Counted from the stretch's first letter, positions 30,683 through 41,214 are shown. The stretch is DNA of 64,000 nt from Verrucomicrobiota bacterium (GCA_047947115.1 CP170459.1:768001-832000), one strand, 5' to 3'. A program made the numbers and translations. The notes: generated by a model from the sequence alone, not told the origin.

Positions 30683-30886
30683 ATGAAAGTCCCAAATACG
30701 ATTGGTTTGAATTTTACGACCAATAACTTCATAACCTGCCTTGCCGTCGGGTTGCTGACAGGGATGCAGTTCCCAAACCTGAATGCTCAAGCCGAGGTTG
30801 ATTTCTCTTCAGACATACAACCCGTGTTGAACGAACATTGCACCTCATGCCACGGTGGGGTGAAGCAGGCTGGCAAGGTCTGCTGA
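30683..30886 (+). pseudogene. N-terminal fragment (signal peptide plus planctomycete cytochrome c) of a DUF1549/DUF1553 protein
   Basis: Signal peptide then VDFSSDIQPVLNEHCTSCHGGVKQAG (CxxCH); stops immediately afterwards while the DUF1549 sequence resumes in another frame at 30882. Confidence 0.75.
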
Positions 30887-33203
30887 TACACAGGGATATG
30901 AAAAAGACCTGGGACGAAATGTCTGGCCCTGGAGAGATTGGGTCATCCGGTCCTTCAATGAGGACATGCCCTACGATCAATTCCTGATCAAGCAATTGGC
31001 TGGAGACCTGTTGCCGGACAGGACACTTGAAGATCTGCTGGCAACAACCTACCACCGAAACACTCAAACCAATACCGAAGGTGGAACCGACGACGAAGAG
31101 TTCCGCATGGCCGCAGTGATCGACCGCCTCAGCACCACCTGGGAAGCGTTCCAGGGAACATCCTTCCGCTGCATACAATGCCACAGCCATCCATATGATC
31201 CCTTTTCGCACGATGAATTTTACAAATTCCTCGCCTTCTTCAATACATCCGAAGATGCAGATGTCACCGAAGATTTCCCTCTCGTCAAAATCCCCAGCGA
31301 GTTGGATCAATTGGCCAAGGTAAACTCACTTTACGATACATCAAAATCCATTCGACAAACTTTGTTCAAAGAAGGCATGAAACGATTGGGTGAGGGATCA
31401 CAGTGGAAGCCCATTTCCGCCATAAAAGCGAGCAGCAGCGGAGAAACACAATTGGTGGTGACTCAAGAAGACGGCCACCCGGAAGTGCGCGCTCAAGGCA
31501 ACCTTTCCACAGGTTCGAAATACGAAATCGTCTTTGAAATCCCCGATGGAATGACTCGGTTGGAAGCGCTCAAAATCGAGGTCCTGCCCAACAACCCGAC
31601 CGCCGCATTGTCCATTCCTGAGATGGGATTTGTCCTAAGTCGTTTCAAATTGTGGGTGAATGCCCCGGGAACCGAACCCGATCCGGAAGATCAATCCGGC
31701 ATCCCCTTCAAATGGGTAGTCGATGATGATCCCGCGGCTTTTTATAATGCCACCGATAGTCTCAAGGATGGAGGCAACGGATGGGGTGCCTACACTCGTT
31801 TGAACGCTCCCCGCACAGCAGCCTTGATTCCTGAGCAACCGATAGATCTCCCCGCAAGCGGCAGCATTCGCATCAGCATGCTCTTTCAACAATCAGCAAC
31901 AGGAGCCATCCCCCTGCTGATTCGTCGCGCTCGATTTGCCGTGTCGGAATCAGACATGTGGTCAGCCTGGGCTGGATCCGACGGATTCCAATCCCTGGTT
32001 GAAAACCTAGGGACCACCGAACAGGAACTCAGTCAAGTGAAAGGAGTGAACGTCCCGGTCATGCTGGAACAACCCAAGGGACAAAAGCGGACGACAGAAA
32101 TTTTCCTCCGAGGAAACTGGTTGGATCGACTGCCGCATTTCGAAAAGGTTTTGGACAAAGTGTGCTTCCTGCGCACCATGACAACCGACCAATTCAACCA
32201 CGCACCCGCCCAACTGCTCCTCCACACCGGCAGTCCCAATCTGGGATCCGCCAGCGCCGGAGCCTGGGCCACCTACGGCCTGGGTTCGGAAAATGAGAAC
32301 CTGCCCGGTTACATCGTGTTGTTGAGCGGCGGCAAAGTACCGAGTGCGGGAAAATCCGTCTGGGGTTCGGGTTTTCTGCCCAGCGTTTACCAAGGCGTAC
32401 AATGCCGCAGCGAAGGCGACCCTGTCCTCTACTTATCCAATCCAGCGGGGGTTGACCAAACACTTCGAGGCAAAGTGGTCGACGCCGTGGCGCGCATGAA
32501 CCGAAAGACCTACGAATCCCTTGGAGATCCGGAAACCATCACCCGCATCGCCCAATACGAAATGGCTTTCCGCATGCAGACAAGCGCTACCGATGCATTC
32601 AATATCCAACAAGAACCCGAACACGTTCACTCCCTCTACGGCACCGAACCCGGCAGAGAGAGTTTCGCCAACAACTGCCTGCTGGCGCGCCGACTTGTGG
32701 AACGCGGAGTGCGTTATGTCCAACTCTTCGACTGGGGCTGGGATTCCCATGGCGCGGGTGAAAGCGAAGCTTTGAACGCGGGATTCAAAACCAAATGCCA
32801 ACAAACCGACCGACCGCTCATGGCGCTCCTCACGGACCTGGAACAACGCGGTTTATTGAACGACACACTGGTCATCTGGGGCGGTGAATTCGGACGCACC
32901 CCCATGCAGGAAAACCGTGGCGGCCGCAAAATGAAATTCGCCGGACGCGATCATCATCCCTCTGCCTTCACCATGTGGATGGCAGGCGGCGGCGTGAAAG
33001 GCGGATTCAGCTACGGAGAAACCGACGAAATCGGATTCCTCCCCGTGGTCAACCCCGTCCAGGTCCAGGACCTTCACCGAACCAAACTCCACCTCCTCGG
33101 CCTCGACCACGAACACCTCACCTACCCCTGGGCCGGCGGCCTCGACCAACGCCTGACAACGTTCACAAAAGAAGCAAGTCTGTTGAATGATATTCTGGCA
33201 TGA
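30882..33203 (+). pseudogene. Chimaeric ORF: partial DUF1549/PSD1-type protein fused in frame to the C-terminal part of a DUF1501 (sulfatase-like) protein
   Basis: ADTQGYEKD..WPWRDWVIRSFNEDMPYDQFLIKQLAGDLLP..CIQCHSHPYDP (DUF1549), then ..IFLRGNWLD joined directly to RLPHFEKVLDKVCFLRTMTTDQFNHAPAQ...FANNCLLARRLVERGVR..WGGEFGRTP..GRDHHP (DUF1501). Confidence 0.75.
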
Positions 33204-33213
33204 TCTATGACAG

Positions 33214-34230
33214 CTAAAACTCAACTTGCTCGTTCAAACGTTGAAACAGCTTATCCCAAATACCCGGAAAGGGAGCGCTTAACATGGTGCGGAGCATGAT
33301 TTCGTAAACGTCCGCCCGGACGACTTTGGCAGGTTGGGTGTTTGGCTGGGGTGGAGAGGTCATCATGCTGATGGTGCGGATCCCCAATAAGATCGGCCAG
33401 GAACAGGAAAGCCGGACACGAGTCCATGATGAGGGCAGCGCCATCGTGTAGCGCCACCCATCCGTCAGACAATCGATCGCCAGGTGCACATGATCCTTCC
33501 AGAGTTCCTTGAAGGCTTCGTTATGGGGATCGGGAGTTTCCGGGCGCCATCCGGTTGGCTCCCACATTTGCCGTGGCAGGTAGCAGCGTCCAATGGAAAG
33601 ATCTTTTTGAAAATCGCGCAGGATGTTCACCAGTTGAAGACCCTGGCCATACCGAATCCCCAGTCGTTCCATCTCCTCGGGTGATTCCCCGGTCCGACCC
33701 CGCAAATGAGTCAGACACATGCGTGTCCAAAACGCACCGACACTGCCGGCAACCCGGTAGGTATAATCATTCAAATCATCCGGTGTATCGAGACTGACAA
33801 TTTTGGAATCCTTGCTGGAATGAAAACGTTTGAGATCGAGCTTTTGACCGCTGATGATGATGTCCAGCACTTCCCGAATCAACACGCGATCCTCCTCAGT
33901 CGAATGACGCAGCACGTCAATTGCCTGGTGACAGACCCGCAAAAGTTCGGCCTCCGAATCATCAGCCTGCTTTTTGATAAAGGCATTCATGGACGGAGCC
34001 GAAGCATCCTGCGATTGTACCGCGTAACCGTAGGCATCCAGCAATGCCAGACGTTGATCCGCAGGGAGCAACTCGGTATCCGCAATGGTATCCGAAGCAC
34101 GCGCTAGCAAATAAGCCAATCCGATCTGATTCCGCACCGGTTTTGGCAGAACATTGAGTGTCAGATAAAACGACCGCGACACCCGCCGCAGCAAATCGGT
34201 CAACAACGTTTCTTTGGTATGTTCACGCAT
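33214..34230 (-). CDS. Phytoene/squalene synthase family protein (farnesyl-diphosphate farnesyltransferase-like)
   Basis: LLRRVSRSFYLTL..LP, AYLLARASDTIAD, DYTYRVAGSVG, GQGLQLVNILRD..DL..GRCYLP. Native start is probably ATG 34230; the upstream in-frame extension comes from a 24-bp duplication. Confidence 0.88.
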   Translation of the reverse strand: MREHTKETLLTDLLRRVSRSFYLTLNVLPKPVRNQIGLAYLLARASDTIADTELLPADQRLALLDAYGYAVQSQDASAPSMNAFIKKQADDSEAELLRVCHQAIDVLRHSTEEDRVLIREVLDIIISGQKLDLKRFHSSKDSKIVSLDTPDDLNDYTYRVAGSVGAFWTRMCLTHLRGRTGESPEEMERLGIRYGQGLQLVNILRDFQKDLSIGRCYLPRQMWEPTGWRPETPDPHNEAFKELWKDHVHLAIDCLTDGWRYTMALPSSWTRVRLSCSWPILLGIRTISMMTSPPQPNTQPAKVVRADVYEIMLRTMLSAPFPGIWDKLFQRLNEQVEF

Positions 34231-34282
34231 TGGGGTCATGGTATGTTCACGCATTGGGGTCACGTCTCAACATTCAACATTT
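34215..34282. repeat. Orphan copy of the RAYT end motif with an adjacent 24-bp tandem duplication
   Basis: TGGTATGTTCACGCATTGGGGTCA x2 (34215-34262), continuing into CGTCTCAACATTCAACATTT; 34254-34282 matches the transposase IR with one mismatch. Confidence 0.88.
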
Positions 34283-34401
34283 ACTCTTTTCCTGAACATG
34301 AGGTTTTTGAATTCATTCGATCAGACCATCGTTTGACTGCGTCCTGTTTAAAGGCAAACCAATCCTCTCAGTTTTACAAGCAAGGACGAGGGCACTACTC
34401 A

Positions 34402-35814
34402 TTAATCCTTCAATTCATTCTTCCAGAACTTGATCTGCTTTCGGACTTCTTTCACCCCCGGAGATCCTGTCATCTGCCGACGTTCCATCGCGCGTTTTAT
34501 GTTAAAAACTTCGAGCGCCTGCTTGGTTAAGCGTTTATCAATCTTCTTGAGATCAGATGCGCGCAGTTTATCGAGCGGACGATTCAAAGATTCGGAGACA
34601 CCCACAACGGCTCCTACCAGGTGATGGGCTTCACGAAACGCCACCCCCTGTTCCACCAACCAGTCCGCCAGATCAGTTGCCAGCAAGACCGGGTCGCTGG
34701 CGGCATCCATGCAGTTTTCATGACGCACGGTGATATGCCCGATCATGCCCGCCATGATGCGAAGGCAGGCTCGCAGCGTGTCAGCAGTGTCGAAGAGTCG
34801 TTCCTTGTCTTCCTGCAGGTCTCGGTTGTAGGTCATCGGCAAGCCTTTTATCAGTGTCAGCAAAGACATCAAGTTACCGATCACGCGTCCCGATTTACCA
34901 CGTGTCAATTCGGCCATGTCCGGATTCTTCTTCTGAGGCATCAGGGATGATCCGGTGGTGTATTCATCTGAGATGCGGATGAAATCAAATTCGGAACTCG
35001 ACCAAAGAATGAGATCTTCCGACAAACGCGAAAGGTGAACCGCGGTCAAAGCAGCTGCCGAGCAGAACTCGACAATGTAGTCCCGGTCGCTGACGGCATC
35101 CATGGAGTTGCGTGAAATCACAGGTTCGTCCTCCAGATTCACAAACCCTAGTTCCTCGGCCACCATTTTGCGATTCAGTTTCAAAGTAGATCCCGCCAAG
35201 GCTCCGCTTCCGAGGGGACATACGTTGACACGTTCAAAGGTGTCCCTGAAACGCCCCTTGTCGCGATCCAGCATTTCCACGTAAGCCAATAAATGATGCG
35301 CGAAGTAAACCGGTTGGGCGCGTTGCAGGTGTGTGTAACCCGGGATCAGGGTTTCCTTGTTGCGATCGCCCAGTTGAACCATCGCCAACTGCAAGGTGTG
35401 CAATTCCGCCATCACATCGACGATCTCTTCGCGCATCCACATCCGCATGTCGAGCGCGACCTGGTCATTGCGTGACCGAGCGGTATGGAGTTTGGCTCCG
35501 GCGGGAACGCGTTTGGTCAGCCCGGCTTCGATGTTCATGTGAACGTCTTCCAGCTCGGTCTTCCACTCGAAGTTGCCATCCTCGATTTCCTCACCGATTT
35601 TGCCGAGCCCTTCGAGAATCTCCTGCAACTCGGCGGCGGTCAGCACACCGATGGATTTCAGCATGCGGGCGTGGGCCATAGACCCGATGATGTCATGACG
35701 CCAGAGTCGCCAGTCGAATGAAACGGACTCTGAAAATTTCAGCACTTCTTCAGCAGGTCCTTTACTGAAACGACCACTGCGGCTGACTGTTTGGGATGGT
35801 TTGGGTGCACTCAT
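34402..35814 (-). CDS. argH: Argininosuccinate lyase
   Basis: EDVHMNIE, KLHTARSRNDQV, PGYTHLQRAQP, TGSSLMPQKKNPD, YNRDLQEDK. Confidence 0.97.
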   Translation of the reverse strand: MSAPKPSQTVSRSGRFSKGPAEEVLKFSESVSFDWRLWRHDIIGSMAHARMLKSIGVLTAAELQEILEGLGKIGEEIEDGNFEWKTELEDVHMNIEAGLTKRVPAGAKLHTARSRNDQVALDMRMWMREEIVDVMAELHTLQLAMVQLGDRNKETLIPGYTHLQRAQPVYFAHHLLAYVEMLDRDKGRFRDTFERVNVCPLGSGALAGSTLKLNRKMVAEELGFVNLEDEPVISRNSMDAVSDRDYIVEFCSAAALTAVHLSRLSEDLILWSSSEFDFIRISDEYTTGSSLMPQKKNPDMAELTRGKSGRVIGNLMSLLTLIKGLPMTYNRDLQEDKERLFDTADTLRACLRIMAGMIGHITVRHENCMDAASDPVLLATDLADWLVEQGVAFREAHHLVGAVVGVSESLNRPLDKLRASDLKKIDKRLTKQALEVFNIKRAMERRQMTGSPGVKEVRKQIKFWKNELKD

Positions 35815-35815
35815 A

Positions 35816-37303
35816 TCAGGCTCCTACGTTTTTCTTGATGTCCTTGAGTTGGGTAAATTCGGGTTTCTCTTTGTAATACTCGTCCAGCGGATAACAGCCG
35901 CTGATCAATCCGTTGCGTGGAGCCGTCGTGCAATCACTGAACGTTCGGCAAATGGCTCTTGGCGTCAGCGAGCCCTTGGTGGTGGCATCGGCCAGGATGT
36001 CAGGATAACTCAGAGTCATACGACCCAAGCCAACCATATCGGTCCATCCTTCGCGCACATTGTGCTGTGCCACGTGCGGCAGGTATTCCTGCAGGTAACT
36101 GTAAGCCGTGCCGACAACGGCGAGGGACGAAGGTGTCTTGGCTTTGATTTGTCGCACGACCTGGATTTGTCGCTCGACATCGATCAAGGGATCATGCGCA
36201 GGCTGATACCCATCCGAGGGCGGGTAAGCTGCCGGGCGCTGCATGTGCGGGTTGTAATAAGGTGAACCGGCGCTGACATTCAGGATCTTCACCCCAAGCG
36301 ATACGCACAAGTCGACGAATTGAAAGGTCTCCGTCAAATCGTACTCCAGAGGATTATCCGGATTGATACCAAAGCCATACCGATAAGGCAGACAATGATC
36401 GTAAGGTTCCGGTATACCCGGGCCGAGTTTTCCCGGAACGGAAAGCTCTGGATCAGGCCGGAAAGGAACGAAGTCGAAAGCGCTCAAACGAACACCGATG
36501 TCAATGTTGTTACCGGAAGCGCGAATACCTTCGACGATCTCGCGGAGGATGCACGTACGATTTTCAAAGGAACCCCCGTAGTTGCCCGGCCGGGTGTGCG
36601 CTCCAAGAAATTCGTGCAAGAGGTATCCGTGACAATGTTTGATGTCCACAAAATCCGCTCCGGCATCACGGGCGACTGCCGCAGCTTCGACATATTTCGC
36701 GATCAATGCCCGCACATCGTCATCGGACAATATCTGATCATCGGAGGTGACATGGAATTTTTTATCGAGAATCGGGTGGCGATAAGCGATGCGTGATTCC
36801 CAGCGTGCTTTTTCATTTGGACGACAAAAGCGTCCCGAATGGGTCAATTGAAAACCGATCACCAAATCATCCGTTCTGCCATAATGCTCTTCGTGTGCCT
36901 GGGTCAGTGTGTTCACCAGAGAGCCTAGACTTTTCTCGCGTCCTTTCTGAATGATGAGTTGGTTTGGATTTGCCCGTCCATCGGGTCTCACCGCCATGGC
37001 TTCTCCACCATAAATCAGTTTGGCGCCACTGACTCCAAACCGGTGCCAACGCCGCACGACTTCTTCGGTCGGTTCACCATCGGTCGTGGCATCCCAACCT
37101 TCCATGGGATGGATCGCCCAGCGATTGCCGATGCTTTTTCCGTTGATGATGACACCCGATACGGGCTGTGTCAGCGGGGACTGATCACCCGTTGCCAGAT
37201 CATCGTCACAACGCAGGTCCAGACCAAGTAACTGCACGTGCTCCCGAAAAGCTGCAGGTGTTTTCAGTGTCGGGATACGAGTTAATTTAAAAGGTTCCGT
37301 CAT
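35816..37303 (-). CDS. NADH:flavin oxidoreductase (Old Yellow Enzyme-like)
   Basis: NRWAIHPMEGWD, QLTHSGR, AGADFVDIKHCHGYLLHEFL, YGGSFENR; C-terminal CRTFSDC..GC cluster motif. Confidence 0.88.
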   Translation of the reverse strand: MTEPFKLTRIPTLKTPAAFREHVQLLGLDLRCDDDLATGDQSPLTQPVSGVIINGKSIGNRWAIHPMEGWDATTDGEPTEEVVRRWHRFGVSGAKLIYGGEAMAVRPDGRANPNQLIIQKGREKSLGSLVNTLTQAHEEHYGRTDDLVIGFQLTHSGRFCRPNEKARWESRIAYRHPILDKKFHVTSDDQILSDDDVRALIAKYVEAAAVARDAGADFVDIKHCHGYLLHEFLGAHTRPGNYGGSFENRTCILREIVEGIRASGNNIDIGVRLSAFDFVPFRPDPELSVPGKLGPGIPEPYDHCLPYRYGFGINPDNPLEYDLTETFQFVDLCVSLGVKILNVSAGSPYYNPHMQRPAAYPPSDGYQPAHDPLIDVERQIQVVRQIKAKTPSSLAVVGTAYSYLQEYLPHVAQHNVREGWTDMVGLGRMTLSYPDILADATTKGSLTPRAICRTFSDCTTAPRNGLISGCYPLDEYYKEKPEFTQLKDIKKNVGA

Positions 37304-37354
37304 GATTCAAACTATCTGTCAAAATGGAAAACTGTTGAAGAGACCCATACCTTT

Positions 37355-38743
37355 TCAATCCAGGCAGCCGAAAAATGTCAGGTATGGCTGTTTCTTGGCG
37401 AGACGATAGACCAGCAAGGCCAGCTCGCGCATGTGGTAATCCCCCCACATGGAACTCTCCCCACAAGGAATTTTCTTGCCGCGCGGGATGTGATCCCAGT
37501 TGTTGGGCCGGTGGTAAATCGAATGCAGCAACAGACCTTGATGTTTGTCGTTTGTGGAAAGATAAGGCTCTTCGAGCAAAGAAGCGGTGACGGTCAATCC
37601 AGCCTGGACATATTGTTCTGCCGCCTGCTTTTTGCCTTTGGATTTCAAATAATTCCCCAGACGAATCAGGCCCTGAGCCGCAATGGCGGCAGCCGAACTA
37701 TCCACCGGTTCCCAGTCGTTGTATGGGTCCGAGGGGTGGTCCAGATAATCACCGAGCCGATGAAGATTAGGTGCGCCGGTATCCCACATCGGAATGCCGT
37801 CGGTGCAGGTGTTTTCCAGGTAAAAATCCGAAGTTGCCTCCGCAGCTTTAAGCATCATGGCCTCGATCTGCTTGCGTCCACCCAGTGGTTGGAGTTCTTT
37901 GTCGGAGACGGTCTTGAGGAACTCCAATTGTTCGGCATAACCGCAAATCGCCCAGGCCAGCCCGCGTGTCCAAGTACTGAACGGCGCATAACCCTGCTGG
38001 GAATTCGGGCATCGATAGTTGCCGTCCTTCACGTTGAAAACACTTTCATGCGCCGTGCGACCTCGCACATCGTAGGCATCGCGTCCTTCTCCGTAGTAGA
38101 CACCATAGTCTGCCGTGCTCTGAGCGTGCTCGACGAGGCGCTTCAAAAGCGAAATCGGTTTGTCGTTCTCAGCCATCAAGACATGTCCCAATCGATGCGC
38201 CACACCAAGAGCCCGCATCGATCGGATCGTGTCGATGAACAGGGAATGGGGTCCATTAAAAGAATGCACGAACCCCCCGCCATTGGCAATGGTCGTCCAG
38301 CGCGATGCCTGCACAGCACCGGAAACTTTCAAGGCCAGTTCGTAGAAGTTCTGCTCAAATTCGTTTTGCGGAATGCGTTTTTCACGCATCAATCGCAGCA
38401 GATTTCCATAGGTGGAAACGTTGTTGAATCCATGATCGTGAACCCCTATGTGCGAAACATGAGTGGCCATGCGCTGAACGGTCTGATCGCGCCCGATCTT
38501 TAAAAATGGTTTCTGGTTCGTCGCATCATACTGCAGCACAGCGGCGCCATACTGGAACCCTTGGGTCCATTCGGTCCAACCGCGCGTCGCATACTTGCCA
38601 CGAACGGTAAACACGGGAGTTCCCTGCGAGGGTTTCCAGTTTTTCTCGATGCTCAGGATCTTCTTACCTGAAAGATCCCACATACGCTCCACCGCCGGAA
38701 CCAGCTTGGTCGGCGTCAATTTCGAATCAATTTTAATGGCCAT
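37355..38743 (-). CDS. Glycoside hydrolase family 88-like (unsaturated glucuronyl hydrolase)
   Basis: EWTQGF, HDHGF, FIDTIR, QGY...STWTRGLAWAICGY, DSSAAAIAAQGL, WGDYH. Confidence 0.8.
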   Translation of the reverse strand: MAIKIDSKLTPTKLVPAVERMWDLSGKKILSIEKNWKPSQGTPVFTVRGKYATRGWTEWTQGFQYGAAVLQYDATNQKPFLKIGRDQTVQRMATHVSHIGVHDHGFNNVSTYGNLLRLMREKRIPQNEFEQNFYELALKVSGAVQASRWTTIANGGGFVHSFNGPHSLFIDTIRSMRALGVAHRLGHVLMAENDKPISLLKRLVEHAQSTADYGVYYGEGRDAYDVRGRTAHESVFNVKDGNYRCPNSQQGYAPFSTWTRGLAWAICGYAEQLEFLKTVSDKELQPLGGRKQIEAMMLKAAEATSDFYLENTCTDGIPMWDTGAPNLHRLGDYLDHPSDPYNDWEPVDSSAAAIAAQGLIRLGNYLKSKGKKQAAEQYVQAGLTVTASLLEEPYLSTNDKHQGLLLHSIYHRPNNWDHIPRGKKIPCGESSMWGDYHMRELALLVYRLAKKQPYLTFFGCLD

Positions 38744-39086
38744 GTCTTAATCTCTGAAACTCAAGATATGCCGCAGGCGATTCCGACGGAACAAAGACAA
38801 CCATCGAATGAAGCACCCCGGCAACCAGGACACGTTACAAAGAAACCATTGGAGCGTCACCTACGTTTTTAAGGAGGGGTCACTGGAATTGAATCTTAGT
38901 AACTCACAATAAAAAAGCTGCTTCCTTGACGAATCTCAATTCCAATCCTCGAGTTTCCTTTGATGGTTAACCTATTACACGCATACGAAGAATCTGGACA
39001 ACCATAAAAATAATAGGTCTGTCCCTTTAATAGAGCCAAAAGATGCCATGTTGACAGTTTGCTGGTTTTCTGGTTTTATTGCTAAT

Positions 39087-39368
39087 GTGAAAACTACGAT
39101 AGATTTGCCGGCCGAACTGGTTAGGGAAATGAAGATCCGAGCGGCCAGTGAAGGTAGAAAGTTAAAAGATGTTGCGGCGGAGATCATGCGGCTAGGACTT
39201 GAACAACCCCGAACTCCTGACTATTCAAAAGTACAGCATCGCGTTCGCTTTCCAATCATTGAATGTTCACCTCCAGTTGCGCCTGCCAAGGATTTAACAC
39301 CTGACGAACTCAACGAGATCTTATTACAACAGGAAGCTGAATGGCACCATGACACTACCAGACATTAA
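39087..39368 (+). CDS. vapB: VapB-like antitoxin
   Basis: GTG start, MKTTIDLPAELVREMKIRAASEGRKLKDV (RHH-type); overlaps the PIN toxin. Confidence 0.8.
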   Translation: MKTTIDLPAELVREMKIRAASEGRKLKDVAAEIMRLGLEQPRTPDYSKVQHRVRFPIIECSPPVAPAKDLTPDELNEILLQQEAEWHHDTTRH

Positions 39369-39789
39369 CGTATGGTTGGCCTTGGCGGTGTCAGGTCACA
39401 CACATCATCAAACAGCTCGATCCTGGTTTGAGAGCCAGACCAAACCAAAATCCATTCATTTTTGTCGCACCACTCAGTTGGGATTGTTGAAATTATTGAC
39501 GACAAAGTCAGTGATCGCCCCATACAACCTGCCTCCACTCAGGAATATCGAGGCATTTCAAGTCCTGGATGCATTCCTGGAAGATGAATGCGTTACGTTT
39601 GCTTCTGAACCTAAGGATGTCATGGCAACTTGGCGCATGTTTTCCGAACAACGAACCACATCCCCTAAACTCTGGATGGATGCCTGGTTGGCCGCCTTCG
39701 CGACGTGCGCAGATTTTCAACTGGTTACGCTGGATAAAGGTTTCTCTCAATTCTCCGGATTGAATTTTCTCCTTTTGGAGAGTACCTAG
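39349..39789 (+). CDS. vapC: VapC family PIN ribonuclease toxin
   Basis: LPDINVWLAL...H.HH..AR.WF, TQLGLLKLLT, WMDAWLAAFA, LVTLDKGF. Confidence 0.88.
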   Translation: MTLPDINVWLALAVSGHTHHQTARSWFESQTKPKSIHFCRTTQLGLLKLLTTKSVIAPYNLPPLRNIEAFQVLDAFLEDECVTFASEPKDVMATWRMFSEQRTTSPKLWMDAWLAAFATCADFQLVTLDKGFSQFSGLNFLLLEST

Positions 39790-39804
39790 GCCTATAATCA
39801 TCAC

Positions 39805-40959
39805 ATGATCGGTCCAGCACAACACATAGCTTCTTCGTGTTTCCAAAACACGATCCTTGGCCTTTTCTTAATGCCATTCGTGTGGCTCACACCGATTTCC
39901 ATTGCAGACGAAACAGCACACTCCACCACCACCTTTCCCGGCAAGACTTGGGAGGAGCGATCTACCGCAGAAGTTGGATTGCAGGAATCATTTCTAGTGA
40001 AGATTCAGGAATACCTCAAAGGGCGTGGCATGATTGTCAAAGATGGCTTTCGCGTCTTCAGTTGGGGCGATGTGAGTAAAGCGGGAGACGTCGCTTCAGC
40101 CGCCAAACCCGTCTATACCCACTTTCTTGCTTATGCCGTGGAAACCGGCAGCTTGGGTTCGTTCGATCAGAAAGTTGAAGACATCCGCCCGGAACTGGGC
40201 TCTATCAATACCAATCTGAATGACAAAGACCGCCAAATGACCTTCACACATCTCGCCAACCAGACGGCCTGCTATGGCGTGAGCGAAGCGCCGGGATCTG
40301 CCTTTGATTACAATGATTTTCAGATGGCCTTATTTTGGGACAGTTTGTTTGAGGGAGTTTACGGAGTGGAGAAAAGCAAGGTCGACGAAGAGGTCTTTCA
40401 CCCCTTGCTAACGAACCCGCTTCAATTTGAAGATCCGGTCAGCATGCTGGCGTTTGGAGCAAAGGACCGGGCAGGTCGCCTTAAAATTTCGCCACGCGAT
40501 TTTTGTCGTTTCGGATGGCTATACCTGAATGAAGGGCGTTGGGGAAACAAGCAGATCCTCCAACCCGAACATGTTCGTATGATCACCCAATCGCCACTTC
40601 CGGTTTCCCTTCCGCGCACGAAAGGGATGGAAGCAGACATGCTGCCCGATCAACGGAGCATCGGCTCGCGCAACATCCCCGATAACCAAACGGATCATTA
40701 CGGTTCCTACAGTTGGCTGTGGTGGATCAATGGGAAACGCTCAAGCGGGCAACGATTCTGGCCGGATGCTCCTGTGGGCGCATTCGCCTGCCTGGGACAT
40801 CAACACGGCAAACGCGGCATGGTGGTGATTCCGGAATGGAACATGGTGATGAGTTGGAATGACACGGATCTGGACAATAAATCCTGGTCGGATTCTCAGG
40901 TTGATCCGCATCCTTTGAACCCTGTGTTCAAATGGATAAGCGAAGCATTAAAAAGGTAG
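39805..40959 (+). CDS. Secreted serine hydrolase, beta-lactamase/penicillin-binding fold
   Basis: SxxK motif VASAAKP, MTFTHL, PGSAFDYND, ISPRDFCRFGWLYLNEGRW, YSWLWW. Confidence 0.8.
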   Translation: MIGPAQHIASSCFQNTILGLFLMPFVWLTPISIADETAHSTTTFPGKTWEERSTAEVGLQESFLVKIQEYLKGRGMIVKDGFRVFSWGDVSKAGDVASAAKPVYTHFLAYAVETGSLGSFDQKVEDIRPELGSINTNLNDKDRQMTFTHLANQTACYGVSEAPGSAFDYNDFQMALFWDSLFEGVYGVEKSKVDEEVFHPLLTNPLQFEDPVSMLAFGAKDRAGRLKISPRDFCRFGWLYLNEGRWGNKQILQPEHVRMITQSPLPVSLPRTKGMEADMLPDQRSIGSRNIPDNQTDHYGSYSWLWWINGKRSSGQRFWPDAPVGAFACLGHQHGKRGMVVIPEWNMVMSWNDTDLDNKSWSDSQVDPHPLNPVFKWISEALKR

Positions 40960-41198
40960 CGACGGGTCGTCCCCGGCCCGTCCCTTGTGGCATCCAATTT
41001 TAGGTTGATTCAAGTTTGGGGAGCCACAAAGTATTCAATTTCCCGCACCACAATCAGGATCAGTCTGTCTCACATTTACGTTAAAAGCTACTCCGACTAA
41101 AATGGTGGGGTTGGGAATACCATAGGCTTCCCAATCGAACGGTATATGAAAAGATGATAGCCATAAGGGACGGGCCGGGGACGACCCGTCGCTACCTT
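40953..41198. repeat. Inverted GTAG-class REP doublet (REPIN-like)
   Basis: 40953-40991 AAGGTAGCGACGGGTCGTCCCCGGCCCGTCCCTTGTGGC matches the reverse complement of 41160-41198 at 38/39; internal GACGGG/CCCGTC palindrome; lies between convergent genes. Confidence 0.88.
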
Positions 41199-41214
41199 AT
41201 TGGGCCGTTCCGAT

